From an uncultured Chloroflexia bacterium (GTDB lineage: Bacteria > Chloroflexota > Dormibacteria > Aeolococcales > Aeolococcaceae): a DNA stretch of 64,000 nucleotides. The DNA lies in assembly GCA_963841385.1 (NCBI GenBank), contig CAWJCO010000004.1, positions 129,714-193,713 of the forward strand, read 5' to 3'. The notes beneath the pieces were generated by a model. It did not search any database, had not been told where the DNA came from, and was given only the letters and a program-made list of their open reading frames with translations. Position numbers and translations under genes: made by a program. Below, piece after piece: positions 1-8,877 of the stretch (the stretch's first letter is position 1; each line of letters begins with the position of its first letter).

Positions 1-57
1 CTCATCAGCAGCCGCCGGCTCCCGGCGCTCAGGGGGCCGCGACCTCGCCAGGTCCGG

Positions 58-2097
58 ATGGTCATGGCATGCCTGGCCCTGGCCGGCGTGGCAGCCGGCA
101 TCTGGGCGCTGGTCATCGGCCGCGACACCCCGGAGATGCTGCTCCTGCTCGCGCTGGGCGGCAGCGTTGCCGGCATCGGCGCCGCCTACCTCTCGGAGCG
201 GAACCACCGCCGCCATCTCCAGCACCTGGCAGAGTCGCGGGACCTGCTCCAGCAGACCGTGCGCTCGCCGCTCTCCGTGGCGGCGTTGCTCGGGCGGCTC
301 TGCCAGATCTTCGAGGCGGGCTTCGCCGAGGTCGTGGTGCTCCCCGACTCCGCTGCGGGCAGCGCGCTGGTGGTGCGGGTGCGCGAGGGCAGGACCACCG
401 AGACCTCGGAGCCGCTCGACAGCGACCTGCTGGGGGACGTCTACTCGGTGATCGTCCCCTCCAACCTCAGCCTCATCCTCCACGGCGGCGGGGCCGAGCC
501 CGGCACCACCATCCTGGCCCGGCGCGGCCTGCGCGACGGGGTCATGGCGGCGCTCGCGGTGGAGGGGCGCATCCTCGGCAGCGTCCTGGTGGGCCGGCGG
601 CGCGGTGCGCCCCGCGATTTCGACGACGAGGACCGCCGCCTGCTGGAGGCGCTCGCACCCCAGGTGGGCGTCACCGTGGAGAAGGTCCAGCTCGATGAGC
701 GGATCAATCATCAGGCCTTCCATGACTCCCTCACCGGGCTGGCCAACCGGACCCTCTTCGCGGATCGGGTCGTCCACGCCCTGGATCGCCGGGTGGGGCC
801 GGGCCGGCTCCGTGCCGCGATCCTCTTCATCGACCTGGACGACTTCAAGGTCGTCAACGACAGCCTCGGGCACCCGACTGGCGACCTCCTCCTCCAGGCG
901 GTGACGGAGCGCCTGCTCGGGGTGGTGCGTCCCTTCGACACCGTGGCGCGCCTCGGCGGTGACGAGTTCGCCGTCCTCATCGAGGACCTGGCCGGCCCGG
1001 AGGAGGCGGTGCTGGTCGCGGAGCGGTTCCTGGAGGGGCTGGCGGCCAGCTTCGACCTCGAGGGGACCGCCGTCAGCATCGGTGCCAGCGTCGGCATCGC
1101 CGTGGCGGGTGCCGTCGCGACCACCTGTGACGATCTGCTCCGCGAGGCGGACGTGGCCATGTACCGGGCCAAGGAGCGGGGCAAGGCGACGGTCGAGACC
1201 TTCGACGCCAGCATGCAGCGCTCCCTGGAGCGTGACCTCCAGCTGAGGAACGACTTCGAGAAGGCGGTCGCCGCCGGGGAGCTCCACGTCGAGTACCAGC
1301 CGGTGGTCGCGGTCGACAGCGGGCGGGTGGTCGGGGTCGAGGCGCTGGCACGCTGGGAGAGCGCGGGACGCGGCCGGGTGGGGCCCCGCGAGTTCATCCC
1401 GGTCGCCGAGGCGAGCGGCCTGATTCACGAGGTCGGTCAATGGGTGCTCCGGACCGCCTGCGCGCAGACGGTGGCCTGGATGGCCGGCTTGCCGGAACGC
1501 GATCTCATGGTCGGGGTGAATGTGTCGCCCCGGGAGCTGCTCCATCCCGGCTACGCGCACGAGGTCGGCACCATCCTGCGCGAGACCGGGCTCACCCCCG
1601 CCCTGCTCACATTGGAGATCACCGAAAGCCTCCTGATGGAGGGCGCGGCGATCACGTTGGAGCGGCTCCAGGCCCTCAAGGAGCTCGGCGTGACCCTGGC
1701 GATCGACGACTTCGGCACCGGGTACTCGTCGCTCGGCGACCTGAGGTCGCTCCCCGTGGATGCCCTCAAGATCCCCAAGGAATTCGTGGACAACATCGCC
1801 ACCGACGAGCGGGAGCGCGCCTTCCTCGCCGGCATCGTCGGTCTGGGCCGGACCCTCGACCTTCGCCTGGTGGCCGTCGGAGTGGAGCGGGAGGAGCAGC
1901 TCCACGAGCTGCGCGAGATGCGCTGCGACCTCGCCCAGGGCTTTCACCTCGCTGCGCCGCTGGACGCCGCCGGGGTGGGGGAGATGCTCGCCCGCGAGGC
2001 GGGCGCCGGGCCGCTCGACCTCTCCCGCCGGGTCTGGAAGGCGGCCCAGGGGCGGGCGCCCCAGGCCGACACCGCGCGCCTGCCGCGCAGCGCCTGA
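58..2097 (+). CDS. GGDEF/EAL (diguanylate cyclase/phosphodiesterase) signalling protein with N-terminal TM and GAF-like region
   Basis: 679-aa ORF. GGDEF hallmark 'RLGGDEFAVLIED', preceded by 'FHDSLTGLANRTLF'. EAL hallmarks 'ELHVEYQPVV' and 'DDFGTGYSSL'. Hydrophobic N-terminus. Confidence 0.85.
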   Translation: MVMACLALAGVAAGIWALVIGRDTPEMLLLLALGGSVAGIGAAYLSERNHRRHLQHLAESRDLLQQTVRSPLSVAALLGRLCQIFEAGFAEVVVLPDSAAGSALVVRVREGRTTETSEPLDSDLLGDVYSVIVPSNLSLILHGGGAEPGTTILARRGLRDGVMAALAVEGRILGSVLVGRRRGAPRDFDDEDRRLLEALAPQVGVTVEKVQLDERINHQAFHDSLTGLANRTLFADRVVHALDRRVGPGRLRAAILFIDLDDFKVVNDSLGHPTGDLLLQAVTERLLGVVRPFDTVARLGGDEFAVLIEDLAGPEEAVLVAERFLEGLAASFDLEGTAVSIGASVGIAVAGAVATTCDDLLREADVAMYRAKERGKATVETFDASMQRSLERDLQLRNDFEKAVAAGELHVEYQPVVAVDSGRVVGVEALARWESAGRGRVGPREFIPVAEASGLIHEVGQWVLRTACAQTVAWMAGLPERDLMVGVNVSPRELLHPGYAHEVGTILRETGLTPALLTLEITESLLMEGAAITLERLQALKELGVTLAIDDFGTGYSSLGDLRSLPVDALKIPKEFVDNIATDERERAFLAGIVGLGRTLDLRLVAVGVEREEQLHELREMRCDLAQGFHLAAPLDAAGVGEMLAREAGAGPLDLSRRVWKAAQGRAPQADTARLPRSA

Positions 2098-2275
2098 CCA
2101 GCGGGCGCGGATCACCCCGCAGGTATCACTCCAGTCACGCCGCCTGAATCGCTCCACCCGATCGCCGGGCGGGGAGACCCTCGCACTGTGTCACAGAGGG
2201 TTAAGGACACGAGCGTCCATAACCCTCCACGCGGGGATGGCGGGGCACCCGACGGTGTCAGCGCCCTTGTGACCC

Positions 2276-2410
2276 GGTGCCGGTCAACCTCCTGTGGCTT
2301 CCGCGGCAACCCGCGTGGCGGCTTGATCCGGGGGACCCGTGCGGGTCAACCTCCTCCCGTGGCTTCAGCGGCAATCCGCGTGGCGGGGTGGCCTCCGGGG
2401 AGATCCGGGT
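2276..2410. repeat. Two tandem copies of a ~62-bp unit; the second copy is the 3' end (last 14 codons plus stop) of the gene at 2346..2651
   Basis: Direct alignment of 2276–2337 with 2338–2410. The 'ggtcaacctcct..gtggcttc.gcggcaa.ccgcgtggcgg' core and the 'gatccggg' tails are shared. Confidence 0.6.
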
Positions 2411-2651
2411 CCTCGGGAAGGGACGCCAGGATCGCCTGGGCGAGCGCCCGGGCGGACGTCGGGGTCAGCTCGACGGCGAGCCGCGCCGACGGCCCCCGCG
2501 CCGGGTTGATGAAGTCGACGTTCAGGGTGTGCTCGGCGGGGGCGTGCTGGGGATGGTCGAAGTAGACGGTCGCCTCGGTCACCGGAAACCAGGCGGCGAC
2601 ACCCTTGCCGCTTCCCTGCAGGGCCACGGTCTCGGTCTGGTAGGTGCACAT
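2346..2651 (-). CDS. Conserved hypothetical protein
   Basis: Internal ATG (MCTYQTETVALQGSGKG…) within the 147-aa ORF. The upstream Pro/Ser-rich extension is unlikely to be real. Non-biased composition. Confidence 0.45.
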   Translation of the reverse strand: MCTYQTETVALQGSGKGVAAWFPVTEATVYFDHPQHAPAEHTLNVDFINPARGPSARLAVELTPTSARALAQAILASLPEDPDLPGGHPATRIAAEATGGG

Positions 2652-2673
2652 GGTGGGCCCTCTGCGCTGGCGA

Positions 2674-3426
2674 TCAGGAGTTGAGGTAGCGGCCGTAGAA
2701 CTCGGAGATCCGGGCCCACCCCTCGAGGGCGGCCTCGACCCGGTAGCTGGGACGGTCGACGCAGAAGAAGGCGTGGCCGGCACCCTCATAGGAATGGAAC
2801 TCGTGGGGCTTGCCCAGCCGGGTCAGCTCCGCGTCCAGCTCCGCGACATGGTCCGGCGAGGGGAAGTGATCGTCGGCGCCGAACAGGCCGAGCAGCGGGC
2901 AGGAGAGCTTCGGGGCGAGGCCGAGCAGGGGCACGAAGCTCATCGGATACTGGGGTGGCGGGCTGCCGACCACGCCCGCGCCGTAGCAGTCGACGGCCGC
3001 CTCGAACGGCAGGCTGCAGGCGGCCAGGAAGGACTGGCGTCCTCCCGAGCAGTACCCGACCACCCCGAGCTTCTGGTTGGACGAGGGGAGGGAGCGGAGG
3101 TGACGGGCGGCGGCATCGACGTCCCCGACGAGCTGGTCGTCGGGCACCCCGCCGGCGGCACGGGTGGCCGCCGCCGCGTCCTCGGGGCTGGCCCCCTTGC
3201 CGGCGCGGAAGTGGAGATTGGGACAGATCGCGAGGTAGCCGGAGGCGGCGAACCTCCGGGTCACCTCCTTGCTCCAGCGGTCCCAGCCGGGCGCGTGATG
3301 GATCACCACCACGCCGCCGAACAGCCCCTCACCGAGCGGTTGGGCGAGGTAGGCGTCGATCTCGTCGCCCCCGTGCCCGGTGATCCGGATCGTCTCCGCT
3401 GTCAGCGCGTCCGCGACGTGTGGCAT
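2674..3426 (-). CDS. Dienelactone hydrolase family protein
   Basis: 250 aa. 'ITGHGGDEIDAYLAQP', 'VVVIHHAPGWD' and 'GYCSGG' nucleophile elbow, typical of the dienelactone hydrolase (DLH) alpha/beta hydrolase family. Confidence 0.8.
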   Translation of the reverse strand: MPHVADALTAETIRITGHGGDEIDAYLAQPLGEGLFGGVVVIHHAPGWDRWSKEVTRRFAASGYLAICPNLHFRAGKGASPEDAAAATRAAGGVPDDQLVGDVDAAARHLRSLPSSNQKLGVVGYCSGGRQSFLAACSLPFEAAVDCYGAGVVGSPPPQYPMSFVPLLGLAPKLSCPLLGLFGADDHFPSPDHVAELDAELTRLGKPHEFHSYEGAGHAFFCVDRPSYRVEAALEGWARISEFYGRYLNS

Positions 3427-3634
3427 GGCCCTTCTCCCGCAGGATCCCCGGTGATTGCGAGCACCAATGTCGCACAGACGGCCCGGCCGGCGCGACCTGC
3501 CAGGTGACCGCTCAAGGTCGAGCTCTTCGGGCGGGCGGGGCTGGGCGCCGCCGCGTCGTGCGTCGGGTCCTCAGCGGATCGCTCGGAGGGGTGCCGGACG
3601 CGGCCGCCTCGTGGGCGGGGTCGCTCGCGGGCGC

Positions 3635-4378
3635 TCAGAAGAGGGCCGAGGCCAGCTCGCCGCGGAGCGCCTCCACGCCGGGGTCGCTGGTGCGCCGCGC
3701 CTCGATGGCGCCGACGACCACGCGGCGCAGCTGCGAACGCCCCGGCCCGTCGCTGCTCCTGATGGCGGCGATCATCCGGCGCAGCCCCGCCGTGGTCTCG
3801 CCGTCGCGGACCAGGGTGGCCAGCTCGGGGTGGCCGTTGCGACAGATCTCGATGCGGGCTCGCAGGCCGTCGCACACCGGGTCGTCCCGGGCGGGGGCGA
3901 GCACCTCGTCGGCCTCCTCGAGCCTTCCGGCCTCGAAGAGCAGGCCGCCGAGCGCCCGGCGCGGGGCCGGGTCCTCCGGGGCGGCGAGGATAGCGGCGCG
4001 CAATCCCGCCTCGTCGGTGGGCAGCGGTGGCGGACCCGCCACCGGCGCCAGCATGGCAAGGAAGCGATCGACCTGGGCGCGCGGCTGGAGGCCGACGAAC
4101 TCGGCGACCAGGTCCCCGTCCCGGAAACCCTTCACCGCGGGGATGCCCTGAATCCCGAAGCGGGCGGTGGTGGCCGGGTTGGCGTCGACGTCCAGCTTGG
4201 CGAGGGTCACCCCACCGTGGCGGGCCACGGCGTCCTCGAGGATCGGGCCGAGGGTCCGGCAGGGAGCGCACCAGGCCGCCCAGAAGTCGACGACCACCGG
4301 GCGCGAGCGGGAGCCGGCGACGACGGCGGTGTCGAAGCTTGCGTCGGTGACGTCGAGGATGGGGGAGGAGATGACCAT
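3635..4378 (-). CDS. Thioredoxin-domain protein with C-terminal TPR-like domain (YbbN/CnoX-type co-chaperone)
   Basis: 'FWAAWCAPCR' thioredoxin CxxC motif near the N-terminus, followed by a ~150-aa helical TPR-like tail. Confidence 0.8.
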   Translation of the reverse strand: MVISSPILDVTDASFDTAVVAGSRSRPVVVDFWAAWCAPCRTLGPILEDAVARHGGVTLAKLDVDANPATTARFGIQGIPAVKGFRDGDLVAEFVGLQPRAQVDRFLAMLAPVAGPPPLPTDEAGLRAAILAAPEDPAPRRALGGLLFEAGRLEEADEVLAPARDDPVCDGLRARIEICRNGHPELATLVRDGETTAGLRRMIAAIRSSDGPGRSQLRRVVVGAIEARRTSDPGVEALRGELASALF

Positions 4379-4479
4379 GGGCTTGATTCTGCCTGAGGGG
4401 AGACCGCCGACAGCGCCCGACCCCGGTCGCCCGGGGAGCGCGGGGCCGCCGCCGCATCCCTCGTGGGGATGGGTACCCT

Positions 4480-5778
4480 TTGCACTTACAGATGAAACAG
4501 GAGCCGTCCTCGCCCTCCCGTGAACGGGACCGCCTGGCCCGGCGCGCGATCCTGGCGCTCGGTTCCGCGCTGCACGGGGGCACGCTGGCGATTCGCGAGG
4601 GCGGTGGCACCCACGTGCTCGGCCACGGCGTAGAGGCGGTCCACATGACCATCCATGACCCGGGGACGTGGGGCATGGTGGCCACCGGGGGCGGCAACGG
4701 GCTGGGCGTCGCGTATATGCGCGGGTACTGGGAAACCCCGGACCTGACCGGGCTGCTCCGCCTGCTGGCCCGCAACCTCGACCGGATCAACCGGGTCACG
4801 GCTCCCCTTGACCGAGCCCGCCAGGTCGCGGGACTGCTCCGCTCACGCCGTCCCAACCGTGGCGCCGATCGGCGCAACATCCACGCTCACTACGACCTCG
4901 GCAACAGCTTCTTCGAGCTCTTCCTCGACCCCACCATGGCCTACTCGTGCGCCATCTTCGAGCCCGGGGACGACGACCTGGAGGCCGCCTCGCGCCGCAA
5001 GTTCGACCGCGTGTGCGACCGGCTGCGGCTGACCGCCGACGATCATCTGCTGGAGATCGGCACCGGCTGGGGCGGGCTCGCAATCCACGCCGCAGAGCGG
5101 TACGGCTGCCGGGTCACGACGACCACCATCTCACGCGAGCAGTGCGACTTCTCGCGGGCTCGCGTCGCCGCCGCCGGCCTGGCCGACCGGGTGACCGTGC
5201 TCGACCAGAACTACCGGGACCTCACCGGCATCTACTCGAAGCTGGTGTCGGTGGAGATGATCGAGGCTGTCGACTGGCGCCTGTACGACGAGTTCTTCCG
5301 CTGCTGTGAGCGCCTGCTCGCGCCCCACGGGCTGGCGGTGCTGCAGGCGATCGTGATCGAGGACCGGGCCTGGTCGGCGGCGCGCTGGCGGGAGGACTTC
5401 ATCAAGCGCTACATCTTCCCGGGCGGCTTCATGCCCTCGGTGCGGTCGCTGGTCGACGCCGCCAACCGGGCCAGCGGGCTGCGCCTCGTGGAGCTCGACG
5501 ACATCGGCGCCAACTACCCGATCACGCTCCGCCACTGGCGAGAGGCGCTCGACGCCCACCGCGACCGCGCCCTCGCGCTCGGCTTCGACGAGCAGTTCCT
5601 GCGCATGTGGCGCTTCTATTTCGCGTACTGCGAGGCGGGATTCCTGGAGCGGCGGATCAGCGACGTGCAGCTGACCTTCGCGGGTCGTGCCTGGCGGCGG
5701 ATGCCGGCGCGACGCGAGCCGTCCGCCGAGGTCAGGGCTGCGCCGCTGGCGGCCGTCGCCGGGCGAGGGCACGCCTGA
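4480..5778 (+). CDS. Cyclopropane-fatty-acyl-phospholipid synthase family SAM-dependent methyltransferase
   Basis: 'YDLGNSFFELFLDPTMAYSCAIFE', 'LLEIGTGWGGLAIHAAERYGCRVTTTTIS' and 'YFAYCEAGF' match CFA-synthase signatures. The true start may be an internal ATG. Confidence 0.8.
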   Translation: MHLQMKQEPSSPSRERDRLARRAILALGSALHGGTLAIREGGGTHVLGHGVEAVHMTIHDPGTWGMVATGGGNGLGVAYMRGYWETPDLTGLLRLLARNLDRINRVTAPLDRARQVAGLLRSRRPNRGADRRNIHAHYDLGNSFFELFLDPTMAYSCAIFEPGDDDLEAASRRKFDRVCDRLRLTADDHLLEIGTGWGGLAIHAAERYGCRVTTTTISREQCDFSRARVAAAGLADRVTVLDQNYRDLTGIYSKLVSVEMIEAVDWRLYDEFFRCCERLLAPHGLAVLQAIVIEDRAWSAARWREDFIKRYIFPGGFMPSVRSLVDAANRASGLRLVELDDIGANYPITLRHWREALDAHRDRALALGFDEQFLRMWRFYFAYCEAGFLERRISDVQLTFAGRAWRRMPARREPSAEVRAAPLAAVAGRGHA

Positions 5779-6844
5779 CCGCCAGCGTCCCGGTGACCCC
5801 GATCCCGAGGACGGACCTGAGATGGGCCCGCGCGCCGCTGAGATGGCGGGCGATCTCCTCGAGGGCGGCGTCGGGCGTCTCCGGGTTGCCGATCAGGGCG
5901 AGCGCCACCCGGGAGCTCCGATCGCGGGCCAGCCTGCTGAGCAGGGCGGCGGGCGTCGCCGTGCCGGCGGCCACCCCGGTGCGCACGGCTGGCGACCAGT
6001 CTCGCGCCAGACGGCTGCGGAGGTGAGGCGGGGTGGAGTCGTTGGCGGCGACAGCCCGTCGCACCCGGCTCCGCCAGTCGCGGCCGAGGCGTTCAAGAAG
6101 CTCCCGGGGTGTGCTTGGGTTGAGCGCGGCCTGCTCCCGAACCCGGGAGTCCCAATCGCCGGCGAGTCGAGCCAGTAGGGCCTCCGGCGCGGCCGCGTTC
6201 GACGCGACCGCGGCGCGCACCTCGCGTGCCGGGTCGCGCGCCAGGCGTTCGAGCGCCTCGGGAGGGCCGGTGGCGGCACGGGTCGCGCGGTGTCGGATCT
6301 CCCGCTGCCGGTCGGCGGCGGCCACGCGCGGTGGGGCGGTCGGGGGAGCTGGGGCGGTCGAGATGGGGGCGACGGCGGCGGCGTCGGTGGTGGAGGCGGG
6401 CGCGCCGCGGGCGACCTCGGTGGGCGTCACCGTCAGCGAGGGTCCTCGGGCGGTCCGTGCCGGGACGGGCTCTCCCGCTGCATCGACCGCAGCGGGCGCC
6501 GCGTCAGCCGGGACCGGGGAGGCCTGCGCAACTGTCCGGTTGGCCGCCAGGCGTCGCTGCACCTGCTGCGAGCGATCCTTTTGGAGCAAACCGAGGACTT
6601 CGGGCGGCGTCGAGGGGTTGGCGGCTACCTGAGCGCGCACCCGGGCGCTGCGGTCGCTGGCAAGCTCGGCGAGCAGTGGGGGAGGGCAGGCGGGGTTGGC
6701 GGCGACCCGGCTGCGCACGGCGATGTCGGCGTGAGCGGCGAGGCGCTCCAACCCCGGTGCCGCCGTGGTGGGGCTGGACGCCGCCGCGAGGTCCGGATCG
6801 GGAACGGCGTCCGTGGTGGGCTGGTGCGGGCGGCGGGTCGGCAT
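5732..6844 (-). CDS. LRV/HEAT-like repeat protein (leucine-rich repeat variant) with a Pro/Ala-rich N-terminal region
   Basis: C-terminal half has ≥6 repeats of '…LARDxxxxVRxxVAxNPxTPxExL…'. Start chosen at the internal ATG (MPTRRP) so as not to overlap the GNAT gene. The start is uncertain. Confidence 0.5.
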   Translation of the reverse strand: MPTRRPHQPTTDAVPDPDLAAASSPTTAAPGLERLAAHADIAVRSRVAANPACPPPLLAELASDRSARVRAQVAANPSTPPEVLGLLQKDRSQQVQRRLAANRTVAQASPVPADAAPAAVDAAGEPVPARTARGPSLTVTPTEVARGAPASTTDAAAVAPISTAPAPPTAPPRVAAADRQREIRHRATRAATGPPEALERLARDPAREVRAAVASNAAAPEALLARLAGDWDSRVREQAALNPSTPRELLERLGRDWRSRVRRAVAANDSTPPHLRSRLARDWSPAVRTGVAAGTATPAALLSRLARDRSSRVALALIGNPETPDAALEEIARHLSGARAHLRSVLGIGVTGTLAVRRALARRRPPAAQP

Positions 6845-6942
6845 GCGCCGATGGTGGCACGGGGTCACTTGCAGTGCCGTTCGGGCGAGGCTACCGGGCA
6901 CGCAGTGCACCATGGTGAGCGTGGAGTGACGGCATTGGTGGT

Positions 6943-7545
6943 TTGGGCGCCGTACCATGCAGAACCGTGGAAGTTCCCGACCGCGCCACCCGGATTGCTG
7001 CCACGGACCCGATCCGGACCGAGCGGCTGTCGCTGGTCGTGATGGACGAGGCGGCGCTCGAGGCGCTGGCGAGGAAGGACAGACGGGAGGCGTCCGAGCT
7101 GCTGGGAGCGAACCTGCCCTCCGACTTCCCGGCGGCGGACGGCTCCGACGACTTCTACCTCCAGTTGCAGCGGGAGAAGCTTCGGGCCTACTCCGCCCAG
7201 CGCGAATGGTGTGCGCGGCTGATGGTCCGGCTGGCGGACCGAGTCGCCGTGGGGACCTGCGGTTTCCACGGGCCTCCCCGGGCGCTGGGCCGCGCCGAGA
7301 TCGGCTACACGGTCTTCCCGGCGCAGCGCGGCCAGGGTCTCGCCACCGAGGCCGCGGCCGCCCTGGTCGCCTGGGCATGGGAGCAGGGGGAGCGGACCGT
7401 CGTCGCCGCGGTTCCGCCCGCCAACCTGGCGTCGCTGGGGGTCGTCCGCAAGGTGGGATTCGTCCAGACGGGGCGTCGCATCGATCCCGTCTTCGCCGCC
7501 TTCGGCGAGGAGCTGGTCTTCGAGATCACCCGGCCTGGGGTCTGA
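6943..7545 (+). CDS. GNAT family N-acetyltransferase (RimJ/RimL-like), copy 1
   Basis: 200 aa. 'GTCGFHGPP…GRAEIGYTVFPAQRGQGLATEAAAALVAWAWE' acetyl-CoA binding motif. Confidence 0.8.
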   Translation: MGAVPCRTVEVPDRATRIAATDPIRTERLSLVVMDEAALEALARKDRREASELLGANLPSDFPAADGSDDFYLQLQREKLRAYSAQREWCARLMVRLADRVAVGTCGFHGPPRALGRAEIGYTVFPAQRGQGLATEAAAALVAWAWEQGERTVVAAVPPANLASLGVVRKVGFVQTGRRIDPVFAAFGEELVFEITRPGV

Positions 7546-7573
7546 TGGGGGAGAGGGGCTGGCGGCACGGGGT

Positions 7574-7609
7574 GTGCATCTTGATGCGCTGTCTTGCGCA
7601 TCTTGATGT
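7574..7609 (+). promoter_or_regulatory. Direct repeats 'GCATCTTGATG' ×2 (partly palindromic) immediately upstream of vapB; putative operator/promoter
   Basis: tgcatcttgatgcgctgtcttgcgcatcttgatgta located 13 nt before the vapB ATG. TTGATG also resembles a -35 element. Confidence 0.3.
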
Positions 7610-7621
7610 ATCCTGACCCGC

Positions 7622-7852
7622 ATGCGCACCACGGTGGATCTCGATGACGATGTGGTCGCGGCGATCGACCAGATGCGCCGCGGGGGCTCGGTCGGTCTCA
7701 GTCAGGTCGTCAACCAGCTGATCCGCGCCGGGCTGCTCCAGACCCCGCGGGTCCGTCGCTTCCGGCAGCGTTCCGCGCCCCTCGGCCTCCGGGTCGACGC
7801 CTCCAACGTCGCCGAGGCCCTCGAGACCCTGGATGGGGCGGGCGGTCGCTGA
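7622..7852 (+). CDS. vapB: Type II antitoxin VapB
   Basis: 76 aa. 'MRTTVDLDDDVVAAIDQ' N-terminus typical of VapB-type antitoxins. Stop overlaps the vapC start (TGATG). Confidence 0.75.
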   Translation: MRTTVDLDDDVVAAIDQMRRGGSVGLSQVVNQLIRAGLLQTPRVRRFRQRSAPLGLRVDASNVAEALETLDGAGGR

Positions 7853-8280
7853 TGCTGATCGACGCCAGCGTGCTGCTGTACGCCGTCGACTCGACGAGCC
7901 CCTCCCATGAACGGGTGGCCACCTGGCTGGAGGGGATGCTGAACGGGCCCCGCCGGGTCGGCTTCGCATGGCCCAGCGTCACCGCATTCCTCCGGATCGT
8001 GACCCATCCGAGGGCCCTGGACCGACCTCTCACCGCCGAGCAGGCGTGGGGGTACGCCCAGGAGTGGCTGACCTGCGACAACGCCTGGATACCCCAGCCG
8101 ACGGCAAACCACGCGGCCGTGCTTGGCGGCCTGATCACCTCCGCGGGCCTCCGGGGCAACCTGATCGCCGACGCCCACCTGGCGGCTCTGGCCATCGAGC
8201 ACGGCCTCCAGGTCTGCTCGGCGGATTCCGACTTCGCACGCTTCACCCAGGTCACCTGGGTCAACGTGCTGGCTCAATGA
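7852..8280 (+). CDS. vapC: Type II toxin VapC (PIN-domain ribonuclease)
   Basis: 142 aa. 'MLIDASVLLYAVD' with the conserved Asp, and 'IADAHLAALAIEHGLQVCSADSDFARF'. Confidence 0.85.
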   Translation: MLIDASVLLYAVDSTSPSHERVATWLEGMLNGPRRVGFAWPSVTAFLRIVTHPRALDRPLTAEQAWGYAQEWLTCDNAWIPQPTANHAAVLGGLITSAGLRGNLIADAHLAALAIEHGLQVCSADSDFARFTQVTWVNVLAQ

Positions 8281-8831
8281 GCCCGGCCGCGACCCCGATC
8301 CACACCCCGCGGCTCTCCCTCGTGCCGCTGCTCGAGGCGACGCTCGCCGCGCTCGTGGCCGGGGATCGCCGGGAGGCGTCCCGGCTCCAGGGCGTGGAGC
8401 TGCCGGCCGGGTTCCTCGCCCCGGACGGCTCGGACGCCTTCTTCCTGCGCGTGCAGCTGGAGCGGGTCCGGGCCGACCCCGACCACCGAGACTGGTGCGG
8501 CCGGCTCATGATCCGGCGTTCCGACGGCGCCGTGGTCGGGCGCTGCGGTTTCCACGGGCCCCCGTGGGCCGTCGGCCGCACGGAGATCGGCTACACGGTC
8601 CTGCCTGCGTACCGCGGCCAGGGGCTCGCCACCGAGGCGGCCGCCGCCCTGGTGGCATGGGCGTGGGAGCAGGGGGAGAGGACCGTGTTCGCCACGGTGG
8701 CTCCCGCGAACCTGGCCTCGCTGGCGGTGGTTCGCAAGCTGGGGTTCGTGGAGACGGGGTCACAGATCGACGACATCGACGGTCTGGAGCTCGTCTTCGA
8801 GCTCGCGCGCGGCGCCCGGGCCGGGAGCTGA
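8277..8831 (+). CDS. GNAT family N-acetyltransferase (RimJ/RimL-like), copy 2, paralog of 6943..7545
   Basis: ATG overlaps the vapC stop (ATGA). Sequence 'GRCGFHGPPWAVGRTEIGYTVLPAYRGQGLATEAAAALVAWAWEQGERTV' is near-identical to copy 1. DNA-level similarity is visible at 7340–7470 versus 8626–8756. Confidence 0.8.
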   Translation: MSPAATPIHTPRLSLVPLLEATLAALVAGDRREASRLQGVELPAGFLAPDGSDAFFLRVQLERVRADPDHRDWCGRLMIRRSDGAVVGRCGFHGPPWAVGRTEIGYTVLPAYRGQGLATEAAAALVAWAWEQGERTVFATVAPANLASLAVVRKLGFVETGSQIDDIDGLELVFELARGARAGS

Positions 8832-8877
8832 GCCGAGGTCGGGGTGCGCGGCCAAACCGAACGGCCGGAGCCGGCAC

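Noticed and set aside
3402-4880. 492-aa minus-strand ORF that is Arg/Pro/Gly-rich
   Set aside because: It is antisense to or overlapping the well-supported thioredoxin-TPR and CFA-synthase genes. Its low-complexity composition is typical of spurious ORFs in >70% GC DNA.
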